DNA of 44,640 nucleotides from a virus. Taxonomy: Duplodnaviria > Heunggongvirae > Uroviricota > Caudoviricetes. The notes below the pieces were generated by a model, which did no database searches, had not been told where the DNA came from, and worked only from the letters and a program-made list of their open reading frames with translations. The translations under genes were made by a program, and so were the position numbers. Below, one piece after another: positions 26,081 to 34,835 of the stretch. Location of the stretch: the IMG/VR virus record IMGVR_UViG_3300010429_001737, one strand, 5' to 3'. Numbering within the stretch: position 1 is the stretch's first letter; each line of letters opens with the position of its first letter.

Positions 26081-26349
26081 ACGACTTATCAAAATCTTCC
26101 TCCTTTATATGTTTTATCATGAAAAGTACTACAGATGTTCAATCGATAGGTAAAGAGGTGATTTAAACCTTGTCTATTTACTAGTCTGCAGTACATATGA
26201 GTTTTCATTGTGTTATAATTTCTAATTTATCATCAATTTGTTTAATTAAAGACTGTAAATAGATGTTAATACCTCTTCTTTCAATCGATTTCAGATTATT
26301 ATCGGCTAATAATTCATTGCATTTTTCAATTTCTTTTTCAATCCAAGTT

Positions 26350-26538
26350 TTATTTGTCATTTTGTTTTACCTCTTTGTCAATTTGGATAATCACTTTATT
26401 CATAACATCTACTCTAGCTTGTAAATCATCCTTATTAACAGGTTCTTTATTATCTATCACCCATTGAGTATTACCTGTTTGTTTCTCTAATATCGTCTGT
26501 AGTAATACGGCTTCTTCGTTGTTAAGTTCAATTTTCAT
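26350..26538 (-). CDS. Small helical hypothetical protein
   Basis: Co-directional ORF. Confidence 0.55.
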   Translation of the reverse strand: MKIELNNEEAVLLQTILEKQTGNTQWVIDNKEPVNKDDLQARVDVMNKVIIQIDKEVKQNDK

Positions 26539-26647
26539 CTTTTATTTGCCATCCTTTTTCTTCAAATTTTTGAATTTCATTTTCAGTAAAATCGCCAGTT
26601 ATCTTACAGCCACTTCCATCAATTATCGTGACGTGTTTCTTTGACAT
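26528..26647 (-). CDS. 39-aa microprotein, family copy A (not in ORF track)
   Basis: MSKKHVTIIDGSGCKITGDFTENEIQKFEEKGWQIKDEN; paralogous to 29605-29721. Confidence 0.75.
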   Translation of the reverse strand: MSKKHVTIIDGSGCKITGDFTENEIQKFEEKGWQIKDEN

Positions 26648-26936
26648 CTTTTACCTCCCATCCCTTGAGTTTAAATCCTCGTATATCGTCATCAGTAAAA
26701 AAACCATGAGTTTTACTTCTTTTATCGATAATTACTACAACTCGTTTTTTTACCAAATTTCTATCAAGATGTTTACATTGCTTCTTACACGGCTGTGAAC
26801 ACATATCTCTAAATCCACATAAGAATTCTTTATCACGAGAAGCTTCAGCTTCATATATATCCTGTTCTATTGGACAGCCACTTAGTCTCATTTGTTCATT
26901 TTCATCTCTCATTTTTCGAAAAACATTTGCCTCCAT
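26619..26936 (-). CDS. Cys-rich protein ending in a microprotein-family module
   Basis: CGFRDMC...CKKQC then KKRVVVIID...GFFTDDDIRGFKLKGWEV. Confidence 0.65.
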   Translation of the reverse strand: MEANVFRKMRDENEQMRLSGCPIEQDIYEAEASRDKEFLCGFRDMCSQPCKKQCKHLDRNLVKKRVVVIIDKRSKTHGFFTDDDIRGFKLKGWEVKDVKETRHDN

Positions 26937-27229
26937 ATCAATTCGTTATAATTTAAATAATCTATTTCGTCGTAAGAATCATCGTGTGTTATGATATTAA
27001 CATTATCTTCGTATACTTCAAAACCCAAACATATTTCTTTAACATCATGGTCACGGGTTTCATGGTTATAGACACGTAACATAACTTTCACAGTTACTTC
27101 AATATAATCGTCATCAGTATCTTGTGTTTCAACATGATATTCATCAGTAAACCCGTATTCGCCTAAAGTGTTTTCGAGCCATTGTTTTAACTCTTCCAAC
27201 TTTTTCATTTGTCTTTCATTCATTTTCAA
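26909..27229 (-). CDS. Acidic hypothetical protein
   Basis: Co-directional ORF. Confidence 0.6.
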   Translation of the reverse strand: MKMNERQMKKLEELKQWLENTLGEYGFTDEYHVETQDTDDDYIEVTVKVMLRVYNHETRDHDVKEICLGFEVYEDNVNIITHDDSYDEIDYLNYNELIWRQMFFEK

Positions 27230-27452
27230 TCACATCCTCGTATCTAACATCGACCTCATTTATTTTATGTTTTCTATAGGCTAATAATCTTTGTATATAA
27301 ATAATATAATGATTTCTTAAGAAAATGTCTGTTGGTTTCAAAATATAATCATTAACCATTACACCCTTATTATTAAGATTAAAGATGACTAGTTCTCCGT
27401 TACTAGTCATCTTCATCTTTGTTGGCATCTGTTTATTTATACTGTATTTCAT
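27216..27452 (-). CDS. Hypothetical protein
   Basis: Co-directional ORF. Confidence 0.55.
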   Translation of the reverse strand: MKYSINKQMPTKMKMTSNGELVIFNLNNKGVMVNDYILKPTDIFLRNHYIIYIQRLLAYRKHKINEVDVRYEDVIENE

Positions 27453-27631
27453 TGTTGTTGTTTTTAGTTTAGTTCTGGGTTTTCATTTCTCCAGATAAAT
27501 TCAGCTTCTAAGTCAAGATTTTCATAAATCTCAGCTTGTGTGAATTCTGTGTATTCTTGTTTCATTTTATCACCTCTTATTTTTGTATTATGAACGTATG
27601 ATTGTTTTTATCTTATAATATGTAATACATT

Positions 27632-27650
27632 CTAGTATATAAATGTTGCT
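27632..27650 (-). promoter_or_regulatory. Class A promoter
   Basis: AGCAACATTTATATACTAG. Confidence 0.8.
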
Positions 27651-27678
27651 ATTTAATTGTTGTAACTTTATCATAATA

Positions 27679-28623
27679 CTATTTGTCATTTTTATCGTTT
27701 CTCCATCTTACAAACGTTGGATGTCGCACACAATCTTTTACACCAATTAGCATTCCCTTAAATTCTATCCATTTACCAATATACTGTTTTCTGTTTTTCC
27801 AAACTTCTCGTCTGAACTCTTCTGTGCCTGTTAATGCAACTTTCTGTTTTTGACCTTCATAATCAACAACAAATGAACCAGCAATACCGGTAGGTATCAT
27901 AGCCTCTTTATTATTATGCTTCTGTGATTTCCCTAATTCGTTAATATAAGATTCACTTGTATTAAGATAACGTTCTTCTATGTCTATAATCTGAGCATCA
28001 AACGTTCTATATGGTTTCACCTTGTACATCGTACCTTCGTTCATTGTGCATCTGCCAAACTTATACCGACTATCGTACGATTTCAATATCAAGCCTTCAT
28101 ATCCGTCGCCTAAAACTTCTTCAAAATATTCCATAACGGCTTCTTTAGAATGAACAGCTTTCTGTTCAACAACTTCCACTAATTCAGCATAATAACACAT
28201 TTCGTCAACTTCTTGCAATCTTGTTTCAAAAGGAACATCAAATTTTAAATCTTCAACTGCATCGAAACAGTAGAATTTTAATTTCTCCGGTATTATCTCT
28301 TCATGGCCAACTTTCTTAATGTTCTTAGAATCGTCTAAATCCTGAGTCATGATGAAGTGGGTTATCTCTTGGAAAGTCATTCCTTCGCCGTAAAGTTCTC
28401 CATCCAAGATTATATTGTATTTCTTAGAGTATTCAGCTAACACTTTAAACTTCTCTTGCATTTGTTTATTTGGAATAGGTTTAAGAGAACGTGATAACAT
28501 TTGGCCATTCATAAAAATACATCTAATCCCATCAAGCTTAGTAGAAGCTAGAATCGGATATTTAATGTTATCTAAATCCACTTCGTCGTTCGGTGCAAGC
28601 ATAGGCCTGAACTTCTTATCCAT
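27679..28623 (-). CDS. lig: Minimal ATP-dependent DNA ligase
   Basis: Motif I KLDGIR, III LDGEL, IV YEGLILK, V YKVKP, OB tail VRHPTF. Confidence 0.92.
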   Translation of the reverse strand: MDKKFRPMLAPNDEVDLDNIKYPILASTKLDGIRCIFMNGQMLSRSLKPIPNKQMQEKFKVLAEYSKKYNIILDGELYGEGMTFQEITHFIMTQDLDDSKNIKKVGHEEIIPEKLKFYCFDAVEDLKFDVPFETRLQEVDEMCYYAELVEVVEQKAVHSKEAVMEYFEEVLGDGYEGLILKSYDSRYKFGRCTMNEGTMYKVKPYRTFDAQIIDIEERYLNTSESYINELGKSQKHNNKEAMIPTGIAGSFVVDYEGQKQKVALTGTEEFRREVWKNRKQYIGKWIEFKGMLIGVKDCVRHPTFVRWRNDKNDK

Positions 28624-29608
28624 TTTTCACCTTAATATTCTGTATCGTTTCGTTTAATATATCTAAATCAAGAACTCGTAATTCTTTGTCCCAAAATCGT
28701 ATTGTTTTTAGACCTGTTGCTAATAATTCCTGTTCACGAATAATATCAATTTCATTTCCATTAGGCCAATTATGCCATTTCATCCCGTCAATCTCAATAA
28801 CCAACTTATGATTTGGTAAATAGAAATCGACAGGATAAGCATGTTCTATATTTAGTATAGGATAGTTATGTTTATAAGTAATATGTAAAGCATCTAGCAT
28901 TTGTTTAAATTTTTGTTCAGGTCTTGTGTTAAAATACTGTTTATTAGGCACTTGTCCAGTAGCAATACGTTTAACCGTCGCAACACGAAGTTTTCTTGAT
29001 ATAACAGCTTTCTCTTCCGAGCTCATGTTTTGGAAAGTTTCTGAAATGTTTTTTCCAATTACAGCTACTTTCTGACAATTAAACTTATTCAATCCTTTAT
29101 TCCACGACGTATGGTCCGTTTGTATTAATGCCCTTTTTATTTTTTCGGACTTATGTTTTCCAATTGTCTCTTTCCATTCCTTATCGTTTTCCCTCTTTCT
29201 TATATTTTCAGAAATTTGATACATAATTATATTAGACTCTTTTGTTAAGCCTTTATTCCATGAAGATTTAAAACTCTTATATCTTTCATTGCATTCTGGA
29301 CATCTGGTCAATAACTCTAGTAAGGATTTTTTGGCATCAATCTTATGTAATCGTTTTTCTCCTAAATATAATGTCATCAACTTCGAAAATAAAAATGGTT
29401 TTTTAGGAGAATATCCCCTCCTAATCATTTCTGTTCTTAATTCGTTATACCGACGTTTTATGTACAAAGGTTGAATTAAGTCATTATCAAAATACCCCTG
29501 TAAGCTTATCTGTTTTCTAAGACTACCAACTATTGTAAATAATTCTCGATATTCCCCTAATAAGTGTTGGCGACACATTATTTTTGGATTACACATCCAC
29601 ATTCTCAT
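28616..29608 (-). CDS. Pyrimidine-dimer glycosylase (DenV/T4 EndoV-like) fused to a DUF559/Vsr-like endonuclease
   Basis: N-term MRMWM...CRQHLLGEYREL...EMIRRGY; linker SWNKGL x2; C-term TRPEQKF...VDFYL...VIEIDG..WH. Confidence 0.75.
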   Translation of the reverse strand: MRMWMCNPKIMCRQHLLGEYRELFTIVGSLRKQISLQGYFDNDLIQPLYIKRRYNELRTEMIRRGYSPKKPFLFSKLMTLYLGEKRLHKIDAKKSLLELLTRCPECNERYKSFKSSWNKGLTKESNIIMYQISENIRKRENDKEWKETIGKHKSEKIKRALIQTDHTSWNKGLNKFNCQKVAVIGKNISETFQNMSSEEKAVISRKLRVATVKRIATGQVPNKQYFNTRPEQKFKQMLDALHITYKHNYPILNIEHAYPVDFYLPNHKLVIEIDGMKWHNWPNGNEIDIIREQELLATGLKTIRFWDKELRVLDLDILNETIQNIKVKNG

Positions 29609-29721
29609 TTTTCAATGACCTTCCATTCTTTACTTTTGAATAGCTCAATTTCTTTATCAGTAAAAACACCTGATATTTTGCACCCGGCTGAATCGATTAT
29701 TGTAACATGCTTTTTATCCAT
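29605..29721 (-). CDS. 38-aa microprotein, family copy B (not in ORF track)
   Basis: MDKKHVTIIDSAGCKISGVFTDKEIELFKSKEWKVIEK; first gene after a class A promoter; ATGA coupling. Confidence 0.75.
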   Translation of the reverse strand: MDKKHVTIIDSAGCKISGVFTDKEIELFKSKEWKVIEK

Positions 29722-29773
29722 TTTTATCCTCTTTTATCTGTTATAGTTTTTATTATATATAATATACCATATA

Positions 29774-29789
29774 CTAGTATATAAACGTT
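29774..29789 (-). promoter_or_regulatory. Class A promoter inside a perfect palindrome
   Basis: ATATACTAGTATAT at 29769-29782. Confidence 0.75.
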
Positions 29790-29945
29790 ATCACTGTGAT
29801 AATGTAACTATTTAGTTACACAAACTATAGAACACAAAATAAGAACATTTATATACTATAAAGTGTTATATATTATGTTATAAAAACAATGAAATATTAT
29901 GTTATAATATTCCATTATTTTCATATTAAAAGGAGGTGAAAAAAG

Positions 29946-30365
29946 ATGTTAGAATTTGATAACAACGGTTGTTTAATTATACCCGTGGCTATCGAACGTG
30001 ATTTAGAAGACCAAAACAACGCTAAAAATTTAGGCCTAACTTTATCACAATTTCGACAACATCAATATAAATCTGAAAAACAAGTTATTCGTAATCTGCA
30101 TGAAACAGAAGTTTTACAAGAAATCATGAAACATGCAGAACACGGTAAAAATCAAAAGTTTACCGATAACGAATTATCTGAGTTGCACGAAAGAGGATTT
30201 AGCGATGTTGAAATAGCTAAAGTATATAGATGTCATCCAACTTCAGTTTGGTTAAGACGTTGTAAGTTAGCAAAGGTTGCAAATTTTCCTGCACCTTACG
30301 GACGAGAAAACTTAAACGAAGTTGAACTACGAGACAGATACGACACTAAAATGCATAAGAAATAA
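29946..30365 (+). CDS. HTH-containing protein
   Basis: GGAGGTGA SD; LHERGFSDVEIAKVYRCHPTSVWLRR. Confidence 0.65.
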   Translation: MLEFDNNGCLIIPVAIERDLEDQNNAKNLGLTLSQFRQHQYKSEKQVIRNLHETEVLQEIMKHAEHGKNQKFTDNELSELHERGFSDVEIAKVYRCHPTSVWLRRCKLAKVANFPAPYGRENLNEVELRDRYDTKMHKK

Positions 30366-30371
30366 TTAAAA

Positions 30372-30650
30372 CTATAATAAAAAAGTTTTAATTACTATGT
30401 ATCCATCGACTATTAGTCCCAGGACCCCAATAATAAGAATAATGTATGCAATCCAATCAGGAGTTTCCTTATCAGTTAAAAGCATCCAGCCACCAAGTCC
30501 TAAAAAGAATACCCAAACTGATATACCAAATATGTCAAAAAATTCAGCTGGAAAAAAGACTAGTAATATCGCTGAAAGAATAATCCCAATAAACAAAAAT
30601 AGTAAAAACTTAGGCGAAAAAAGCTTCTTGAGTTTTTTCTTTACTCTCAT
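30372..30650 (-). CDS. Membrane protein
   Basis: Three hydrophobic segments. Confidence 0.65.
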   Translation of the reverse strand: MRVKKKLKKLFSPKFLLFLFIGIILSAILLVFFPAEFFDIFGISVWVFFLGLGGWMLLTDKETPDWIAYIILIIGVLGLIVDGYIVIKTFLL

Positions 30651-30922
30651 TTTAATTTATCTTTAACAGCTTTAGATAATCGTTTATATGATAAAATAAT
30701 AGTAATTACTGAACCAGTAACAGTAGCGATTCCAGCTGTTATACCAGCAACAGATAATGTTTCTGCTATTCCAACACCAATTAATATTATTAAAACAAAA
30801 AGAGCTGGTATTGGATATTTCTTAGTTAATTTAAACAACATATAGAGAAAGAAAACTAGTAAAGCTATGTAAACGATTACTCCAATACTAATTATCCATA
30901 ATATAGCGCTTAATATATCCAT
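30647..30922 (-). CDS. Membrane protein
   Basis: Three hydrophobic segments; follows a class B promoter. Confidence 0.65.
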   Translation of the reverse strand: MDILSAILWIISIGVIVYIALLVFFLYMLFKLTKKYPIPALFVLIILIGVGIAETLSVAGITAGIATVTGSVITIILSYKRLSKAVKDKLK

Positions 30923-30950
30923 TTTTCCTTAATTACTTAACAAATTTAGT

Positions 30951-30973
30951 CTTTATAAATATTATTGTTAATT
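30951..30973 (-). promoter_or_regulatory. Class B promoter
   Basis: Exact copy of the 3746 motif, on the minus strand. Confidence 0.75.
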
Positions 30974-31995
30974 TAATAATCATTAACCATCATGTTCTTA
31001 TATATCCAATCAACTTGATATTGTCTAAATTGACCATCGCCACCGTTTGCATCCATAATACTACCGTCGTTACTATGACCCCATCTTGTATAAATATGAC
31101 CAGACTCGTGAAACAATAAAAAAGACCAATGTTTGTTTGGATTCCAAGTTGAAAATGTTAGTTCACCGGGTTGACCTGTGCCAGCAGGAGGTTGACCCCA
31201 TCCATAACAGTTTGGACACCAAGATATATAATCAAACCCAATCCTAATGTCTTTTCCTCTTTGAGTAATGATGTTTCGACAAGCATATTTAGTATCTTCG
31301 TGATAAACATTCCATGTTATTTTGTTAAATGGAGCTCGAGATGAATATTCTGATAAAACCCACTTATAATACTCCTTGTCTGAAGCATCGTTATAAATAA
31401 AAATATTTATTTCTTTATTATCAGTCTTCCCTGGCCCAGATAGAAGTTTGCATGGAGAAGGAGGTGGCGTTATAACAGGTGGTTTAACAGGAGCACACCC
31501 AGCAACACAACGACTATATTTACAACTACAACAATAAGTTGTTGTTAAAGTACCTAATTTATCGGTAGTAAAGAATTTACTTCCATCAGAACTACACGTT
31601 TTAATACTAGGCTTATAATCACCCTTACATTTCGCAATGGTTACAGTCCCGCTGTCGATGGTTTTTTGAACAACTTCACACCCTGTCTTACATCTGTCGA
31701 CTATTTTTTTACTTGTTTTTCCAGGAGCAATATAATAAATCGTATTTGATTTACTATCACAAAAATATCTCTCGTTATTAGAGGCAACTATTTTTGTCGT
31801 TGGTTTATCAACTACTGGAAAATAATACTTATTAATGTATTTATCTAAAGAATCGTCAGGTGTTTGTGGTGAAAAAACTGTTGATAGAACACCTCCAAAA
31901 TACAGTACCGAAATAAGTAGAATAATTGAAGAAACAATACCAATTATAACATATAATCTCTTTTTCTCCTTTTTATTCATTCTATGCTTTTTCAT
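30973..31995 (-). CDS. Membrane-anchored Cys-rich protein with C-terminal metzincin (matrixin-like) domain
   Basis: TM helix, Cys-rich region, poly-Pro linker, HESGHIYTRWGHS...IM (three-His zinc motif plus Met turn). Confidence 0.7.
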   Translation of the reverse strand: MKKHRMNKKEKKRLYVIIGIVSSIILLISVLYFGGVLSTVFSPQTPDDSLDKYINKYYFPVVDKPTTKIVASNNERYFCDSKSNTIYYIAPGKTSKKIVDRCKTGCEVVQKTIDSGTVTIAKCKGDYKPSIKTCSSDGSKFFTTDKLGTLTTTYCCSCKYSRCVAGCAPVKPPVITPPPSPCKLLSGPGKTDNKEINIFIYNDASDKEYYKWVLSEYSSRAPFNKITWNVYHEDTKYACRNIITQRGKDIRIGFDYISWCPNCYGWGQPPAGTGQPGELTFSTWNPNKHWSFLLFHESGHIYTRWGHSNDGSIMDANGGDGQFRQYQVDWIYKNMMVNDY

Positions 31996-32015
31996 AGAAA
32001 AATAACCAAATATGA

Positions 32016-32038
32016 CTATATAAATATTATTGTTAATT
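32016..32038 (-). promoter_or_regulatory. Class B promoter (variant)
   Basis: AATTAACAATAATATTTATATAG; ATG 21 nt downstream. Confidence 0.75.
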
Positions 32039-32042
32039 TTAT

Positions 32043-32077
32043 GACGTAGTAAGACTGTGGTAATGCCTTACTACGTC
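32043..32077. repeat. 11-bp perfect inverted repeat with 13-nt loop
   Basis: GACGTAGTAAG / CTTACTACGTC. Confidence 0.8.
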
Positions 32078-32136
32078 TCCAAGAGAGGACATAATCTGAA
32101 CTATCCATTATTTTTCTAACATTATTAAATACTAAT

Positions 32137-32152
32137 CTAGTATTTAAACATT
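32137..32152 (-). promoter_or_regulatory. Class A promoter (variant TTTAAATACTAG)
   Basis: AATGTTTAAATACTAG on the minus strand. Confidence 0.6.
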
Positions 32153-32211
32153 TCTGAAAAAAATAAAAAAGAAAAAGTTAATAATAAAAAATAAAAATAA
32201 AAAATTTTTAT

Positions 32212-32673
32212 TTATTGAGCTGTCATTGCATTAACAACCTTAAGACCAACTACCTGAAAGTTAGCTTGAGACAAACTGCTCACTCCAGTCATTGTCATAC
32301 TTCCATCTTCTTCAATTACGTTAGTAACAGAAGAATAAGACACTCTAACTGGTAAAGCTCCCTTCATCCAATAAGTTCCATAGGCTGTGCCGTCAGCAGA
32401 AAGCTTAAGATTTAACACAATTCTTTTCTTAGCACTTGTTTCTGCAACAACTTGCAAAGTTCCTTGACCTGTTAACACATCAACATTCTTTATTTTGTTA
32501 ACAGCTGTCCAACCAGAATAAGAAGCCTTACTGAAACTAAAATCGGAGTTACTTCCAACATATGCTACTGTCCCGTCGTATCCTCTAACACTTGATGAAG
32601 ATTGAAGAGCTGCAGCAGCGAAGCTAACACTAAGCATAGCTAATAATGGTAGCACAAAAAGTAATTTTTTCAT
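32212..32673 (-). CDS. Secreted beta-rich protein
   Basis: Signal peptide MKKLLFVLPLLAMLSVSFAAA; GGAGGT SD; T-rich terminator after the stop. Confidence 0.75.
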   Translation of the reverse strand: MKKLLFVLPLLAMLSVSFAAAALQSSSSVRGYDGTVAYVGSNSDFSFSKASYSGWTAVNKIKNVDVLTGQGTLQVVAETSAKKRIVLNLKLSADGTAYGTYWMKGALPVRVSYSSVTNVIEEDGSMTMTGVSSLSQANFQVVGLKVVNAMTAQ

Positions 32674-32747
32674 CTGATTCTTTTATAACCTCCTTTCACT
32701 AAATGATTATTAATTGTCATTTTGTTGGATAAAATATGTAACATAAT

Positions 32748-32763
32748 CTAGTATATAAAGTTT
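32748..32763 (-). promoter_or_regulatory. Class A promoter
   Basis: AAACTTTATATACTAG. Confidence 0.75.
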
Positions 32764-32772
32764 TCTATGACA

Positions 32773-33414
32773 TCATAAAAACTCAGCATATAGTTCTCCT
32801 GTTTTTGGTATTTTGTTAAATATCCACACTGCACGCCAGTTATCTGTCGATTCTTGACTTTGTTTACCCCACCATTTTAAAGAACTAGTGTTATATTTAA
32901 CGGGGTAATTCTCTATGAAAAAATCAGTACAATGCTTTTTAAAATCACCGGTTAATTTAAAATCAAGATAGATATTATTAAATAATGGAATCTCGAAGCG
33001 TTTTTCTCTCAAAGTTTTGACATTAACAAAATTGTATCCACTTAAACTCTTATATACCTTAGCACTTATATCAGGAATCCTTAATGTTAACTTAGGGCTT
33101 AAATAACATACAATCGTCAAAATAAAAGATAATACTATTTGTAAACCTATTATGCACGATAATATTACGCCAGTAATTAGGAGAGCCTCATAAAAATCAT
33201 AATTTATTGCAACAAGTATGATAAACCAAATAATTGGTAATACAAAAAGTATAATTTTTATGACTATAGCAGCAAATATTGAACTTATACCATTGAATAT
33301 AGCCTTAAACTTCGTTTGCATATTTGGATACCTAAAAGAGACAGGTTTCTCTTTACTCTTAAAGTCTAAATAGATGCAACTATAAGACGGGTTCTCCATA
33401 TGATATTGTTTCAT
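32773..33414 (-). CDS. Membrane protein
   Basis: Two central TM segments. Confidence 0.7.
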   Translation of the reverse strand: MKQYHMENPSYSCIYLDFKSKEKPVSFRYPNMQTKFKAIFNGISSIFAAIVIKIILFVLPIIWFIILVAINYDFYEALLITGVILSCIIGLQIVLSFILTIVCYLSPKLTLRIPDISAKVYKSLSGYNFVNVKTLREKRFEIPLFNNIYLDFKLTGDFKKHCTDFFIENYPVKYNTSSLKWWGKQSQESTDNWRAVWIFNKIPKTGELYAEFL

Positions 33415-33627
33415 TTTCTTATTCTACTCTACAAACAGGGTCTCCTCGAGTTTCGACTCTTCTTGGCAGCTTAGCTTGTAAATCTCTTTTCTTCTTTTCG
33501 AGCCCAGCTATCGAAGAATCTAGTTTCTTGATTTCTTCCCGTATTTCTTTTTCATTCATTTTTAATTTCCTCCGTTAGTATGATTATAAATAAATAAAGA
33601 GATAAAAAAAATAAAAAATAAAAAGGT

Positions 33628-34017
33628 TTATCTCTTTGGTACTATTGACCCCTTAACGACTTGTGGATAAATTTTTGTTGGGTCTTTTGTGCCAGGAACG
33701 TTCATTACCATATAAGATACTTCCTTATTCAACAAAACTTCTCTTGGAACGATTTTCTCGCCGACATTAAATGTTTTGAACTGAGAAACAAATTTTCCCC
33801 AAGAATTGTTTGAAGTTAATTCGTTTGCTGATATTGATGCAACGATAGTTGTATCTGGCATCCCGTCAACAGTCAATGTCATATCTGCGTATGTAATAGT
33901 GTCTCCTCTGTAAAGAGTGTCTCTATATTTCAATTCAACAATTTTTCCTGAATACGCACCGTTCGGTATTGGTTTCACAAGTTTTGGTTCTTTTGCAATG
34001 TATTCTTTTTCTGCCAT
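33628..34017 (-). CDS. Putative single-stranded DNA-binding protein
   Basis: PIPNGAYSGKIVE start and beta-rich OB-like pattern; GGAGGT SD; weak family assignment. Confidence 0.4.
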   Translation of the reverse strand: MAEKEYIAKEPKLVKPIPNGAYSGKIVELKYRDTLYRGDTITYADMTLTVDGMPDTTIVASISANELTSNNSWGKFVSQFKTFNVGEKIVPREVLLNKEVSYMVMNVPGTKDPTKIYPQVVKGSIVPKR

Positions 34018-34163
34018 TTTTTTTGACCTCCTTTCATTTGTTCTTTTGTGAGTGTAATATCTTCAATATAATGGTCTTGACAATGAACACATGTATAAAA
34101 CGGTTCATTTTTTCTTTTTACAACTTCTCTGAAACATTCAGGGCAAAATCTTTTTTCATTCAT
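33975..34163 (-). CDS. Small Zn-ribbon protein
   Basis: CPEC...CVHC. Confidence 0.6.
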   Translation of the reverse strand: MNEKRFCPECFREVVKRKNEPFYTCVHCQDHYIEDITLTKEQMKGGQKKWQKKNTLQKNQNL

Positions 34164-34310
34164 CTTCTGTAAACTCCTCCACTTCGTCGATATTTATATA
34201 ATTAACATCACCATCAACTTTATTTAGTTGTTCTTGAGCTAAAGACTCGGCTTCATACTTATCTTTGGCATCTAACGATATTCTCCCGCTGAAAAACACT
34301 TTATATCTTT

Positions 34311-34835
34311 TCATATTAATCCACATCCTTTGCATTGTTGATATAGACGTAATGTCAACTGGACATCCTCTAAATTATGATTTTTTATTTGCAACCAGTT
34401 TTTCTCTTTAAAATAAAAAGGCATCATTTCGCCATTTTGAGTTTTAACCTCAAGATTTAATGCTTTAGCATAATCGCTCAGCGTTCCAACAGCAAACTTA
34501 TAATTATTTATAGCGTTACGTAAATCGACTACACAAATACTTTTAAAGTTTACAGAAGCTTTAACATTGTTGACCAACGTTCGTACTCTAATGAAATTTA
34601 AATCAAACTCACAATTAAAACCGACAAGAGTGTTTTCGTTTTCGATAAACGCAAAAAACATCCTAAGAATATCAGCCTCATCATCTCCACAAAAACATTC
34701 ACAGATTCCTCTTTCAACGTGCATAACACCTATGCTAATTATTCTATGTTCTACAACTTGTCTCACTTCGTTTCGCTCATTTAACTTTTCAAATGGAGCG
34801 ATTCCATCTGTTTCGATATCAAATATAGTTGTCAT
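34311..34835 (-). CDS. DEDD 3'-5' exonuclease (RNase H-like, PolB-exo-like)
   Basis: FDIET, GFNCEFD, HNLED. Confidence 0.8.
   Translation of the reverse strand: MTTIFDIETDGIAPFEKLNERNEVRQVVEHRIISIGVMHVERGICECFCGDDEADILRMFFAFIENENTLVGFNCEFDLNFIRVRTLVNNVKASVNFKSICVVDLRNAINNYKFAVGTLSDYAKALNLEVKTQNGEMMPFYFKEKNWLQIKNHNLEDVQLTLRLYQQCKGCGLI

Noticed and set aside
19753-28623. Inteins or introns in polB or the ligase
   Set aside because: Both have normal lengths and contiguous motifs; no intein HN-C/S/T junction or LAGLIDADG motif seen
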